DNA of 64,000 nucleotides. It comes from Deltaproteobacteria bacterium TL4. Lineage in GTDB: Bacteria; SAR324; NAC60-12. Position 1 is the first letter of the stretch. The number at the start of each line of letters is the position of its first letter. Under the pieces are notes generated by a model. It made no database searches and was not told where the DNA came from. It saw only the letters and a list, made by a program, of their open reading frames with translations. The DNA lies in the NCBI GenBank assembly GCA_051382335.1, contig JBBCAX010000033.1, positions 1 to 64,000 on the forward strand, given 5' to 3'. Made by a program: the position numbers and the translations under genes. Positions 1 to 10,557 of this stretch are shown piece by piece.

Positions 1-103
1 TGCTTGCGTTAACAGACTTATACAAAAAGAAACTTTTTAAACCCTTTGCCTGGGATATCCAAATTTATTTATGAAGAGAGTGAGTATTTTTAATACTCAT
101 TAG

Positions 104-163
104 GTGGTCCTGAATAGGTGGAATTTTTTTCTCAAAAGTGGTCCTAGATAGGTGGGACGTAGC
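104..163. repeat. Direct repeat pair GTGGTCCTRRATAGGTGG ending in ...GTAGCA; possible IS21-family terminal region
   Basis: gtggtcctgaataggtgg at 104-121 and gtggtcctagataggtgg at 138-155, followed by CA at 162-163. Multiple subterminal repeats with a CA end are typical of IS21-family ends. No transposase is visible in the window. Confidence 0.35.
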
Positions 164-375
164 AGTTTCCTGAAAGTATTGCCGCATAAACTCTACTATC
201 ACAGGAAAATTTACAGCAAGCTTGAGTTTAAGCTGGTTGCTTAAAATACACCTGCACAGGTGGAAATTTTTGAGTTAATTATGCTTTCACCAAAAATGCG
301 TAAGAACCTGAAGGGGAGCACACAACACTCGAGTTTTTAAAAGTGGTCGGTGAAACTGAGTTTGTTTATGAACGT

Positions 376-2463
376 TCAGAAACAAGAATGGTAAAATAAA
401 CCTAAATCACTGAGGAACCATTTATTATTTATAAAATAAATTAATTTTTGTTTTAACATCTCTTTTATTAACCGATCTCTATTAATTGAATGTGGCAGAT
501 CTATATCTTTGGTGAATAAACCCGCAGCACTAGAGGCAATTTGCATAATAATTTTTTTTTCTGCTTGAGCAAATGGTGTTTGATGATTTTTTACATGAAT
601 TAGAATATGTTTGTAAATGATTTTAGAAAGATAATCCAGATGATTTTTATCTGAATTTTTACCTCTTAAGCATAAAGACATTTTATCTTCAGTTCCTGAG
701 TTCCTAACAAAAATACTTGCCGCTAATTGATTTTGAGGTTCAAAAATATAGAAAAAAATCATTTCTGGTTCTTCCGGTTTAAATTCATAAGAAATTTGAT
801 ATTCTGGAAATATAATTTCTAAATGGTGCAATATAAAAAATTTAGTTTCCTTGTAAAAGGATGAGTTTGGAGATAATAGTGATTTGTTCACATAATAGAT
901 AGGCCAACTTTTTTTATATCCGTCTGTATATAAGCAGAGCCATGAAAAAAAACAGTTTGGGTCTATGGGAGAAAGTGTGTTGATTGATGCTAAAGAATTT
1001 AAAGCAGATTTAAGTCCATTGCCAATATAAACAGGGAGACAGAAATTGGAATTACTAAGTTTTCCCAATGTGATGATATGTCCTGATTCCTCACCGCCGA
1101 TAATGAATCGAGATGAACCGACAGTTGTTAATTGATCATTAAGTTTCTGAATCTGGTTATTAGAAGCGCATTTTAAAAAAACATCGTCCAATTGAGAAAA
1201 TAATTCAGATATTTTTAATGCGTTAAATGCTAAGTTCTTTTCCATAGCATATAAATGAGTGTCAATATTATGAATTTCATCTGACAATCTGGGGAAATGC
1301 ATAGCAATAAAACTTTTTCTTACTTGCCAATCCTGTAAAACAGCTTGCCAAAGAATCCATTTATCTCCTACAGCCGTTTGTAATACCTCAAAATCGCATT
1401 TTTGAGCATTGCGGCTTAACTCAAGGTCACTTTCCACGGTATTAACAAATAAAGCTTTGTTTAGAGAGTTATGGGTTTTTATAAAAATGGACTGTAAATA
1501 AAGTAGTTTATCACCTGATAGAATTACAATTTCATCAAGTTGTGGATTATATATTAAAATAAAACAACGATCACCGTCACCATCAAAGACTATTCCAATA
1601 CACCGATAGGATAAATTATTTTTAGTTTCTCTGCCCTTTTTGAATAAAAGTTGGATTGTTTCATAATTTGTATATGTGCCTGAGGTAGGATCAATCATAT
1701 CTGAGGTAATAACATGATGTCCCTCAAGGTCAGCCACGCCTGAATTGACATTGATTCCCTTGTCAGGAGAACAATTCGAATAAAATAAGTTTGTTGAATG
1801 AAAAAATTTTCCAAAAATCGGTTCTACTAAAGATGAGAACGCACCATTTGCGGCATCGATAATTAAAGTCAGATTAGAAAAATTGGAGTAAGTCAACCAT
1901 GAATTGAAAGAAGTCGTAGAGTAGTCAATAAAAAGGTTACGAGCAAGAATATGATGGTCTTCGAAAAATCCAGAGAGGGGAAGTTGGGATAACATAGAAT
2001 AATCAACATCATGAATTTTACGAGTAAAACATTCGTCATCATGTGGGAAAAGCTTCAAACCTCTTGGGGCAAGAAAAATTTTTATGCCATTTTGATCACT
2101 TGGGTTGTGTGATGCTGTTAGTACAAATGAGCATACTGCATGTGTCGATAATTGATAAAGTGTTATTGCAGGTGTTGGCAAGATACCCGTTGAAAATACA
2201 TTAAAACCGGCTTTTCGGGCTCCTAGAATCGCCGCTTGATTAAACTTGTCTGTAGGATCTCTTGGATCCCACCCAATTATAACAAGATGATTATCAGACA
2301 AAGTAGAGCTTAAAAGCTCTTGGCAATAACAATAAACGTAGAGTTCAAAAAAAGATTCAGTGAGGACATTATCTTCTAAATAAATCTTAAGAGGATTTTC
2401 ATCATTTGAAATTGAAAGTCTGGTCGTTCCACGAATACCATCGGTGCCTTGTATACGTTTCAT
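376..2463 (-). CDS. glmM: Alpha-D-phosphohexomutase (phosphoglucosamine mutase / PMM-PGM-like), enlarged
   Basis: GTDGIRG N-terminus, TASHNP phosphoserine loop, FDGDGDR metal loop, GGEESGH sugar-binding loop, RNSGTE in domain 4; 695 aa. Confidence 0.75.
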   Translation of the reverse strand: MKRIQGTDGIRGTTRLSISNDENPLKIYLEDNVLTESFFELYVYCYCQELLSSTLSDNHLVIIGWDPRDPTDKFNQAAILGARKAGFNVFSTGILPTPAITLYQLSTHAVCSFVLTASHNPSDQNGIKIFLAPRGLKLFPHDDECFTRKIHDVDYSMLSQLPLSGFFEDHHILARNLFIDYSTTSFNSWLTYSNFSNLTLIIDAANGAFSSLVEPIFGKFFHSTNLFYSNCSPDKGINVNSGVADLEGHHVITSDMIDPTSGTYTNYETIQLLFKKGRETKNNLSYRCIGIVFDGDGDRCFILIYNPQLDEIVILSGDKLLYLQSIFIKTHNSLNKALFVNTVESDLELSRNAQKCDFEVLQTAVGDKWILWQAVLQDWQVRKSFIAMHFPRLSDEIHNIDTHLYAMEKNLAFNALKISELFSQLDDVFLKCASNNQIQKLNDQLTTVGSSRFIIGGEESGHIITLGKLSNSNFCLPVYIGNGLKSALNSLASINTLSPIDPNCFFSWLCLYTDGYKKSWPIYYVNKSLLSPNSSFYKETKFFILHHLEIIFPEYQISYEFKPEEPEMIFFYIFEPQNQLAASIFVRNSGTEDKMSLCLRGKNSDKNHLDYLSKIIYKHILIHVKNHQTPFAQAEKKIIMQIASSAAGLFTKDIDLPHSINRDRLIKEMLKQKLIYFINNKWFLSDLGLFYHSCF

Positions 2464-2589
2464 AGACTATTATAGTGAAAGTTAATAAATGTGAAAAGTG
2501 ATGTTTTATGCATAAAATAATAATTACGATAATTATATCAGTCAATTATGCACATTATGAGCTACATGAAAAATCGCAAATGTACTCTC

Positions 2590-5500
2590 TTACAAAGCAA
2601 GAATGGCAAGCAATACATTGTAGCTGACAACCGTCACTACAACAAATTTAACCGTATCTAATATTTTATCCGATAGGGACACCACTTCCAGAGTCAATGG
2701 TTTGCTTGGTACATAAATCATATCACCGATTTCAATGGAATCAATTTCAGCCACAGGAACGATTGAACCATCCATGCGAAATACGATGATTTTATCGATT
2801 GCCGCATCTGGTGTCATCTGACCTGATTTATTAATATAATCATCTAACTTCAATTTCGCATTATGAGTAATAATGGTGGGACGGATCACCGCTCCAGTGA
2901 CATTAACGGTGTTAGGTGTTCTCGGAATTTTGATTCTATCTCCTGCTCTCAATTTCAAGTCGCTTGCTTCGCCAGGGGAAGAGAGTGCTCCAGGAAGGTC
3001 TATGATCACTCTTTCTGATGGTTGGAGTTCCTTTTCGTCCAGTTCTCTTGCAGGGCTGGTTGTGAATGAACCCTCTTCAAAAATTCCAAAGGCTTTTTCT
3101 GTTGTTTGACCCGCTGTCTGTGCGATTTGAGGTGCGGTTAACGTTTTAATCACCGTTTCTTTTGAAGCTGAATCGCTAACGACAGGTGCGACACTTTGAG
3201 AAACGGTTGAATTTTCTTCAACTCTGTTTTCTTTCCTGCTAAGATAATTACTTCTAGCGACCTGCCGTTGATATTCCATTAAGTTAATTCGATTAAACAG
3301 GGAGTTAACAGATTCGAGATCCTTTCGTATTTCCTCAGAGGGAATCAACTCACTTTTCCGAAGAAACACGGCTCCTTTCAAATATCCATTTTTCGTAACC
3401 TCCCCGGCTCTTTTCATAAGATCACTGAGGCGATCATGCTTCGTTCGTAAGGCATAGGTTCCTGGATATTGGACTTCTCCTGTTATTTCCACAAGAATAG
3501 GTTCATTGAAAAATGACTGTTTACTGCGGACCATGACAATATCATCGTCCTCAAGCAATACATTGTGTGTTGAATCTCCCTCCATCACTTTATTGATATC
3601 AATTTCTAAAATCGTCGTTTTACCGTCTGTTCTCGCGCGAACTAATTCGAGCTGTTCGTAGAAATCCGGAAGTGTTCCTCCTGCTACAAAAAGGAGTTCT
3701 TTTAATCTCATCCCCTTAGAACGAGGATATCTTTCCGGCCTTTGAACTGCACCAAAAATTGAAACAAAATGGGCTGGGATATATTGAACTTCCTTGTTGG
3801 AATAGATTTGGAGCGAGTCTCTATCTTGTAAAACGAGATTTGCCGATTTATCATCCTCTAAAACAGCTTTTAGGTTGATCGGGAGAAGCGTGGTGATTTG
3901 TTTTTCAAAATCATAGCGTAATAAATCAGCTCGCTCAAGGTAAGTATCAGGGAGTATATTTCCAGCATAGTTCAACAGGTCTTTAACCTTCATATCCAAT
4001 GAGCGTTCGTAATCACCTGGCTTTTGCACATTCCCTTCAATTTTAACTAAATGGGCTGGGATATATTGAACTTCCTTGTTGGAATAAACTCGCAGCAAAT
4101 CTCTATCTTGCAAAACGAGATTTGCAGATTTATCATCCTCTAAAACAGCTTTTAGGTTGATCGGGAGAAGCGTGGTGATTTGTTTTTCAAAATCATAGCG
4201 TAATAAATCAGCTCGCTCAAGGTAAGTATCCGGGAGTATATTTCCCGCATAGTTCAACAGGTCTTTAACCTTCATATCCAATGAGCGTTCGTAATCACCA
4301 GGCTTTTGTACATTCCCTTCAATTTTAACTAAATGGGCTGGGATATATTGAACTTCCTTGTTGGAATAAACTCGCAGCAAATCTCTATCTTGCAAAACGA
4401 GATTTGCAGATTTATCATCCTCTAAAACAGCTTTTAGGTTGATCGGGAGAAGCGTGGTGATTTGTTTTTCAAAATCATAACGCAGTAAATCAGCTCGTTC
4501 AAGGTAAGTATCCGGGAGTATATTTCCCGCATAGTTCAACAGGTCTTTAACCTTCATATCCAATGAGCGTTCGTAATCACCAGGCTTTTGTACATTTCCT
4601 TCAATTCTAATCGTTTGAGCAGGAATAAATTTTACATCCCACTTGGAATAGACAACTACTTTATCCTTTACAGCAAGTCGGATATTATGTTCCGGATCAC
4701 CTGACAGCGCTTTGCCAAGATGAACAGAGATTAATCGGGTTGTCCTTCCATCCTCATTAAACCTCACAATATCGGCTTTTTCCATGAAGGCATCTGCCAG
4801 AGGTGTGTTAATCTTTGAAAATAAATCGGAAACTCTCATGTCAGTTTTATATTCACTCATCCCGGGTCTAATAACAGCACCTTCCAACATTACAGTATTG
4901 TCAATATTTGGAAGAATAGGAAAAACGGTAATCTTATCTCCATCATAAAGAGGGGTAGCTGATAAGGATTGTTCCTTGGTTAAATCAACATCAATGATAA
5001 TTCGTTTTTGATTGGGTATGACTGATTGAATTTGAACTTTTTCGTAAAGGCCACTGGGTTTGATTCCACCTGCTAATTCAATAAGGTGTTTTAACTTTTC
5101 ACCTTCTTTCAACTCATAGATAGCAGGTCGAACTACTTCACCATCAATCGCCACTGATTTTTGCATAAGAGGAATAAAAATCTGGTCACCAGACTGAAGA
5201 GGAAGATCACTTTGATTATTTCCATGCAATAAGTAATCATAAAAATCGACACGAATGGTCTGATCGTTTCTTAGAAGCCGAATATCCCTCAACGAGCCAA
5301 TGTCACTGGGACCCCCAGCCGCATGAAGTGCATTAAAGAGCGTTGTTACTGAGCTAATAGCGTAACTACCCGAACGAAAAGCCTCTCCGGTAATGAGGAT
5401 GGGAATACTTTTCAGTTCCTCGAGGGTTGCAGAAAGTTTGATATGCTTGTCTATGGAGCGTACAAACAAAGAGTTAACATTTTCCTGGAATTGGTCTAAG

Positions 5501-6360
5501 GTCATTCCTGCAACCATCAGTTGCCCAACGTCAGGAATGGTAACAAGACCTTTTTTATCCACAAGGAGTTTGACTTCATTAAAACCTGTCTTATTTCCGG
5601 AGTAAATCAGGTTGATCATATCTCCAGGAGATAAAACATATTGATGGGGTGTGGTTGCATAAACCGAAGATGAGATCATCTCCAGTGGCCCGACAAAACC
5701 GGAAATAGCGTTTCTCTGATCTGGAGCCTGGATCTCCCCTCTGACAATTTTTCTTTCCATTTCCAGAATTCGTCTCCTTGCAGACTCAAAGAAATTACGT
5801 CCGAACTGCTGGAGTGGTATTTTTTGCATGACCTGTTTCGCCGTTTCCTCTTTTTTCTTTTCTTCCTTCTGTTTTTCCTCTTTCTCTTTTTCTTTTTTCT
5901 TTTCTTCCTTCTGTTTTTCCTCTTTCTCCTTTTCTTCCTTCTTCTTTAAAAGATCCTTAGTCTCTTTGCTATCTTGAGGTTTTTGATCCTCTGCTCTTAT
6001 TTCACTGTCTGAAGTGGATTTTTGGTTTTCTTGCGTTGCAGGTGCGAGTCCTTCCTCACTTGAAGTTCCCTGATTTGATTGAGTATTTGGATTTAAAGGG
6101 AGAGTTTCCATCTTTAAAACGGGAGCGGTTTCTTGAACTTGCGGTGAAAGTTGTGTCTGTTTTTGGTTTAAAGGCAATTTGCTTGTTGTGGGTGTCAATG
6201 TAGGTGTTGCAGGTATTGTTGGTGTTGGTGTTACAGGTGTCGCAGGTATTGTTGGTGTTACAGGTGTCGCAGGTGTTGCCCAGGAAGTAAAAGAACATAG
6301 GAATAGGACAATCAATAAATGACTTTTTAATGTTAACTGGACTTTGAACATTTGATTCAT
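2590..6360 (-). CDS. Polysaccharide export protein with many SLBB repeats (KpsD/OtnA/Wza-like), paralog 1
   Basis: Signal peptide, QQFGRNFF, YVLSPGD poly-export motif, GSLRDIRL, repeated GxVxxPGxY SLBB units, hydrophobic C-terminal helix. Confidence 0.9.
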   Translation of the reverse strand: MNQMFKVQLTLKSHLLIVLFLCSFTSWATPATPVTPTIPATPVTPTPTIPATPTLTPTTSKLPLNQKQTQLSPQVQETAPVLKMETLPLNPNTQSNQGTSSEEGLAPATQENQKSTSDSEIRAEDQKPQDSKETKDLLKKKEEKEKEEKQKEEKKKEKEKEEKQKEEKKKEETAKQVMQKIPLQQFGRNFFESARRRILEMERKIVRGEIQAPDQRNAISGFVGPLEMISSSVYATTPHQYVLSPGDMINLIYSGNKTGFNEVKLLVDKKGLVTIPDVGQLMVAGMTLDQFQENVNSLFVRSIDKHIKLSATLEELKSIPILITGEAFRSGSYAISSVTTLFNALHAAGGPSDIGSLRDIRLLRNDQTIRVDFYDYLLHGNNQSDLPLQSGDQIFIPLMQKSVAIDGEVVRPAIYELKEGEKLKHLIELAGGIKPSGLYEKVQIQSVIPNQKRIIIDVDLTKEQSLSATPLYDGDKITVFPILPNIDNTVMLEGAVIRPGMSEYKTDMRVSDLFSKINTPLADAFMEKADIVRFNEDGRTTRLISVHLGKALSGDPEHNIRLAVKDKVVVYSKWDVKFIPAQTIRIEGNVQKPGDYERSLDMKVKDLLNYAGNILPDTYLERADLLRYDFEKQITTLLPINLKAVLEDDKSANLVLQDRDLLRVYSNKEVQYIPAHLVKIEGNVQKPGDYERSLDMKVKDLLNYAGNILPDTYLERADLLRYDFEKQITTLLPINLKAVLEDDKSANLVLQDRDLLRVYSNKEVQYIPAHLVKIEGNVQKPGDYERSLDMKVKDLLNYAGNILPDTYLERADLLRYDFEKQITTLLPINLKAVLEDDKSANLVLQDRDSLQIYSNKEVQYIPAHFVSIFGAVQRPERYPRSKGMRLKELLFVAGGTLPDFYEQLELVRARTDGKTTILEIDINKVMEGDSTHNVLLEDDDIVMVRSKQSFFNEPILVEITGEVQYPGTYALRTKHDRLSDLMKRAGEVTKNGYLKGAVFLRKSELIPSEEIRKDLESVNSLFNRINLMEYQRQVARSNYLSRKENRVEENSTVSQSVAPVVSDSASKETVIKTLTAPQIAQTAGQTTEKAFGIFEEGSFTTSPARELDEKELQPSERVIIDLPGALSSPGEASDLKLRAGDRIKIPRTPNTVNVTGAVIRPTIITHNAKLKLDDYINKSGQMTPDAAIDKIIVFRMDGSIVPVAEIDSIEIGDMIYVPSKPLTLEVVSLSDKILDTVKFVVVTVVSYNVLLAILAL
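3767..4606. repeat. Intragenic tandem repeat, about 3 x 282 bp (94 aa SLBB unit), near-identical
   Basis: gggctgggatatattgaacttcc recurs at 3771, 4053 and 4335 (period 282 bp); the protein unit IEGNVQKPGDYERSLDMKVK... occurs three times. Confidence 0.95.
5845..5948. repeat. Lys/Glu-rich coding repeat, 42-bp period (KEEKKKEKEKEEKQ)
   Basis: ccttctgtttttcctc at 5865 and 5907. Confidence 0.85.
6190..6280. repeat. Pro/Thr-rich coding repeat (TPATPVTPTIPATPVTPTPTIPATPT)
   Basis: Imperfect gcaggtattgttggtgtt / acaggtgtcgcagg units just after the signal peptide. Confidence 0.8.
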
Positions 6361-6946
6361 GGTTTTAGTTTTAATTATTCAATAATATCAGTGGTTTTAT
6401 TTTATGAATGAATTAATGCAAGGTTATTATTTCCCGTTTTTCAGGCCAAACCTATCATTAATTCTAATACGACTTTATAAGTCTCTGATTTTATTCAGGA
6501 GTAATATTGAGCAAATTGTTCAAAGTCGAGAATGTTAATAGATACTTCATTATTCGTTCTATAGGAAAGTTCTACCTTACTGAAGAGGATAGATATTGGT
6601 TAAAGAAGTATTCAAACGAGTAGTAATTTTTACTTTTAGAAACTCGCCAAAGATGAATTCTGAGAAATGAGCTTGATAACAAATCGTAATTTTTGTGCTG
6701 ACTCAAGATGCCAAATGGGACGATTAGACATCATCAGGGGAACACTATCAAGTTGTATTTCTAGAACAATACGGAGAATCCCTTAACCACTTAGAAGCAA
6801 ATATTGTACAACAACGTAAACAATTCATCTCGACTTATACTCTAAATTGTGAGAGCTAATTGGGCCTTTGTTATACACATAGTGAATAGCATTTAAAAAA
6901 CGCAACAAGATCGCGTATGAGATCCTTTTTCTTTACTGAATTGCCG

Positions 6947-9900
6947 ATGAAAACGACTGTTTTAACTTTATCGATATTAATTTCATTCCTATTACCAGCC
7001 ACGGTTTTGGGACAGGAAAGGAAATCAACTTCACCGCTGATCTACTCGTCCTCAAAACAAGCACCGAAAAGATCTAATCGCCCTACCAAAAAATGCAAAG
7101 AAACCAGAGAAATTGACAATTCAATAACAACCACAAACGATAAAAAATTCGGTCAGCCAATTAACAAAACGGAAGAGGAATGTACTGATTTCACGGATGA
7201 AGATGAATTTGAGAGTGAGGCAAAACAGATTTCACAACAACAAGAAGAAACTAAAGCTAAGGAAGAAGATTATACCAAAGTCAATCAAGCTTTTGAAAAG
7301 GAGAATCAATTTGACATCTCAACCTTTTCTTCCTTAGAAAAAATGCTTCAGCCTTCCTTAAAAGTGGGATTATCTTACGATGAAAATACAATACTTCCTC
7401 TGGAACAATTTGGGTACTCCCAATTAACCGCAGATAAATTTTCTTTTGATCCGATTGCAAATCCTTCGTTGCCTCAAAATTATAAACTTGGTCCTGGAGA
7501 TGAGGTATTTATCCATAACAGTGTTGCAAAAACAGCAGAGCCCTCAGAAAACAAAACAACCCAGATTAATCAGGAAGGTGTCCTACATATTCCCGGAGTC
7601 TCACCAATAGTGGTATGGAATTTAACGTTGACTCAATTGAATGAAGAATTAAAGAGACAAACAAAATATCTCTACGCAACACTAGGCAAACTTCGCTCAA
7701 TACAAATCAACATTGTGGGTGAAGCCAATGTTCCAGGATTACATAAAATGCCTGCAACTGCCTCTGTTTATAATATTTTAGCATTAGTGGACGGTATCAA
7801 AAAAACGGGGAGTTTACGTCACATTCAATGGAAACGTAAAGATCAAACGATTGCGGAGATTGACTTATACGACTATTTTTTAAAAGGTCATTCTCTTGAC
7901 ATGGTTCATATGCAAAGTGGAGATACGCTGTTTATTCCAGTAATTCAAAAAGCGATCGCTATTGCTGGCCAAGTCAGACGTCCGGGTATTTTTGAGTTGA
8001 AAGAAGAATCCAACGTCAAGGAAGTTCTTGTTGTTGCCGGAGGATTACTACCAACTGCCAATGAAAAAAGAATATTAGTAGAACGCATCAACCCCACTCA
8101 AAAACGTGTTGTAGAAACACTAGTCCTCGAGTTGGAATCTCCTCAAAGTTCCATACAAAATTTTGACATTATCAAAGTATTTCCAATTTCTAAACAACAG
8201 GAGCGGTTTTTCTCTTTAGTGGGTCCGTTCTCTCAGCAAGGAACCTTTGAGTTAAAACCTGGGTTAACACTTTTTGAGGCCTTGAAATATGGAGGAAAAA
8301 TCACCTCCGAGATTTATGTACTACGCGGCCATATCCAACGGCTCACTTATCATCCAGACCGGCCTTATCCGGAGTCTCATCTCGTTCTTTTTGATCTAAA
8401 TAAAGTCATTAGTCAGGAAAAAGATCATGATCTTCTCATCCAGGATAGAGATATCATTCAACTTTTAGCTCAGGAGAATTATATTTGGATTCGAGGAGAG
8501 GTCGTAAATCCTGGTAAATATCGTTTTATCAACGGGATGTCTTTTGAAGACCTATTGTTTCTTGCTTCCGGTTTTAATTCCAATGCCTACCGGGAACGTG
8601 CTGATATCCATCGAAAAGTTGAGGGAAAACCTTCAAAACTTGTCGCTATTGATCTTAAAACCCAAGAGGCTTTTCGAACGCTTCTTCAAGCAGAAGATGT
8701 GGTTGTTGTCTATGATAAAAAGAAACTTAGCAGAAATATTGCGGTTAAAGGCGAAGTCCAGAATCCCGGGCAATTTCCCTTTTTCGAAGGCATGACCGTA
8801 GAAGATGCTTTATTTTTGGCAGGAAGCTTTGGTTTGAACGCAAATGCTGAGCGTGTTGACATTCAGCGAAGAATCATAGGACAACCACCATTGCTCCTTC
8901 GTATAGAGCTTGAGAAAAAGGACGCAGTGCGGACTCTTTTGAAAACAGATGACATCGTAATCGTTTATAACAATGAGGCAGTTAGTAAAAATATCATAAT
9001 AGAAGGCCACGTTAAAGCTCCAGGAACCTACCCTTTTTATCAAGGCATGAGTGTTGAGGATGCCTTGTTTTTAGGCCAATCATTCAAGCCCACAGCATAT
9101 CGGGAAAAAATTTACCTTCAGCGGCAATCTCAAGATGGGAAAAAAGAATTAATTCAAGTTCCTCTGATACGAGGAACCTCCTCTTTTCCTCTTGAAGCAG
9201 ACGATAAAATCATCGTTTATCCCTCTGATATTGTTGCTTCGCGGGCAATCAGCATTGATGGGGACATTGTACAACGCCCAGGTAAATATCCTTTTCTAGA
9301 AGGCATGAGGGTCAAAGATTTGATTTTTCAGGCTGGAGGATTAAAATACAAAGCACTGGATTCCAAAGTAATATTGAAACGGTGGATTTATGGGGGTGAA
9401 GAAATTAAACGTGAGTTGATTCATTTGAGCATCAATCCCATCACCTGGGAAACCGCGCCTGAGATGATCTTACAAGAAGAAGACTCTGTTTTTTTGAGAA
9501 AACAAGTAAGTTATCAATCTCCACGATTTGCAACAATAAGTGGTGAAATACTCTTTCCTGGAACTTATGAACTCAATGAAGGTGATCGAGTTAGTGACCT
9601 GATTAATAAAGCAGGCGATTTCACTCAAAAAGCTTTTTTAAACGGGTCAGTTTTTACAAGGAAGCTGTTGAAAGTCCGTGAAGATTCAGCCGATCGTCGT
9701 TTGAGTCGAGATATCAGCAGAGGACTCTTGCGCAGCACAGTAGAAGCTTCTGCTAGTTTAACTTCTCCAGAAACTCACTTGCAGGCACTCACCGCCATTG
9801 AATCTAAAGTGGAAAAAGAAGCTTTGATCCAACAGAGTCAAAGAGATCCCAATCAAAACGACGCAATCGAAAAAGAAAACTCACAGTCTATTGGTGAAAG

Positions 9901-10378
9901 TGAAAAAAATGTAAAACGAAAAGAGGAGGTTAAAATTGAAGCAGTCAATGTAGGTCGCTTAATACTTTCACTTGATCCTTACAACAAATTTTATGAGAGT
10001 CCAGAAAATGTTGAATTAATGGATGGAGATACTTTAACCATTCCTCCCTTTATGAATACCGTTTTGATTAAGGGCGAAATGCTTGGAGAGGCATCATTAA
10101 TTGTCAAAAAGGACAAGACTATGAATTACTACCTTGATATATTCGGAGGAGCACACCCCCTTGCCAAAAAAGAAGACTCTTATGTGATTCAAGCAAATGG
10201 CATGATCATCAACTCCAATTTGGAGAACTATGTAATTCAACCGGGAGACACCATTGTCGTTCCCCCAGACCTATCTCCGCGAGAAAGCAATCTCAAAGAA
10301 ATGGCGACCATTGTGGATATAATATTTAAAACGGTTACTACTCTAGTTATATTTATCACCTTGAAAACCGCGTTATAA
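6947..10378 (+). CDS. Polysaccharide export protein with SLBB repeats, paralog 2
   Basis: ORF runs from 6917; the ATG at 6947 gives signal peptide MKTTVLTLSILISFLLPATVLG. EQFGY, NYKLGPGD, GSLRHIQW, multiple SLBB units. Confidence 0.9.
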   Translation: MKTTVLTLSILISFLLPATVLGQERKSTSPLIYSSSKQAPKRSNRPTKKCKETREIDNSITTTNDKKFGQPINKTEEECTDFTDEDEFESEAKQISQQQEETKAKEEDYTKVNQAFEKENQFDISTFSSLEKMLQPSLKVGLSYDENTILPLEQFGYSQLTADKFSFDPIANPSLPQNYKLGPGDEVFIHNSVAKTAEPSENKTTQINQEGVLHIPGVSPIVVWNLTLTQLNEELKRQTKYLYATLGKLRSIQINIVGEANVPGLHKMPATASVYNILALVDGIKKTGSLRHIQWKRKDQTIAEIDLYDYFLKGHSLDMVHMQSGDTLFIPVIQKAIAIAGQVRRPGIFELKEESNVKEVLVVAGGLLPTANEKRILVERINPTQKRVVETLVLELESPQSSIQNFDIIKVFPISKQQERFFSLVGPFSQQGTFELKPGLTLFEALKYGGKITSEIYVLRGHIQRLTYHPDRPYPESHLVLFDLNKVISQEKDHDLLIQDRDIIQLLAQENYIWIRGEVVNPGKYRFINGMSFEDLLFLASGFNSNAYRERADIHRKVEGKPSKLVAIDLKTQEAFRTLLQAEDVVVVYDKKKLSRNIAVKGEVQNPGQFPFFEGMTVEDALFLAGSFGLNANAERVDIQRRIIGQPPLLLRIELEKKDAVRTLLKTDDIVIVYNNEAVSKNIIIEGHVKAPGTYPFYQGMSVEDALFLGQSFKPTAYREKIYLQRQSQDGKKELIQVPLIRGTSSFPLEADDKIIVYPSDIVASRAISIDGDIVQRPGKYPFLEGMRVKDLIFQAGGLKYKALDSKVILKRWIYGGEEIKRELIHLSINPITWETAPEMILQEEDSVFLRKQVSYQSPRFATISGEILFPGTYELNEGDRVSDLINKAGDFTQKAFLNGSVFTRKLLKVREDSADRRLSRDISRGLLRSTVEASASLTSPETHLQALTAIESKVEKEALIQQSQRDPNQNDAIEKENSQSIGESEKNVKRKEEVKIEAVNVGRLILSLDPYNKFYESPENVELMDGDTLTIPPFMNTVLIKGEMLGEASLIVKKDKTMNYYLDIFGGAHPLAKKEDSYVIQANGMIINSNLENYVIQPGDTIVVPPDLSPRESNLKEMATIVDIIFKTVTTLVIFITLKTAL

Positions 10379-10557
10379 TGTTAAAATTGTCAGTATGAAA
10401 TATGGCCCGATTCTAGTCTAACTGAACTGATGGCTGAAAATTTAGAACCCTTGAAAATCATAATCTCAAAATAAACATTTTTGAGGGCGAAGAAATGAGG
10501 AATAGCCTTTAAATAACCCCGTTTCCCACAGAATTTACTGGACAATTTTTGTTAGCT

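Noticed and set aside
6056..6298. 80-aa ORF with TCDTCN repeats resembling a metal-binding peptide
   Set aside because: Alternate frame of the Pro/Thr repeat inside the export gene
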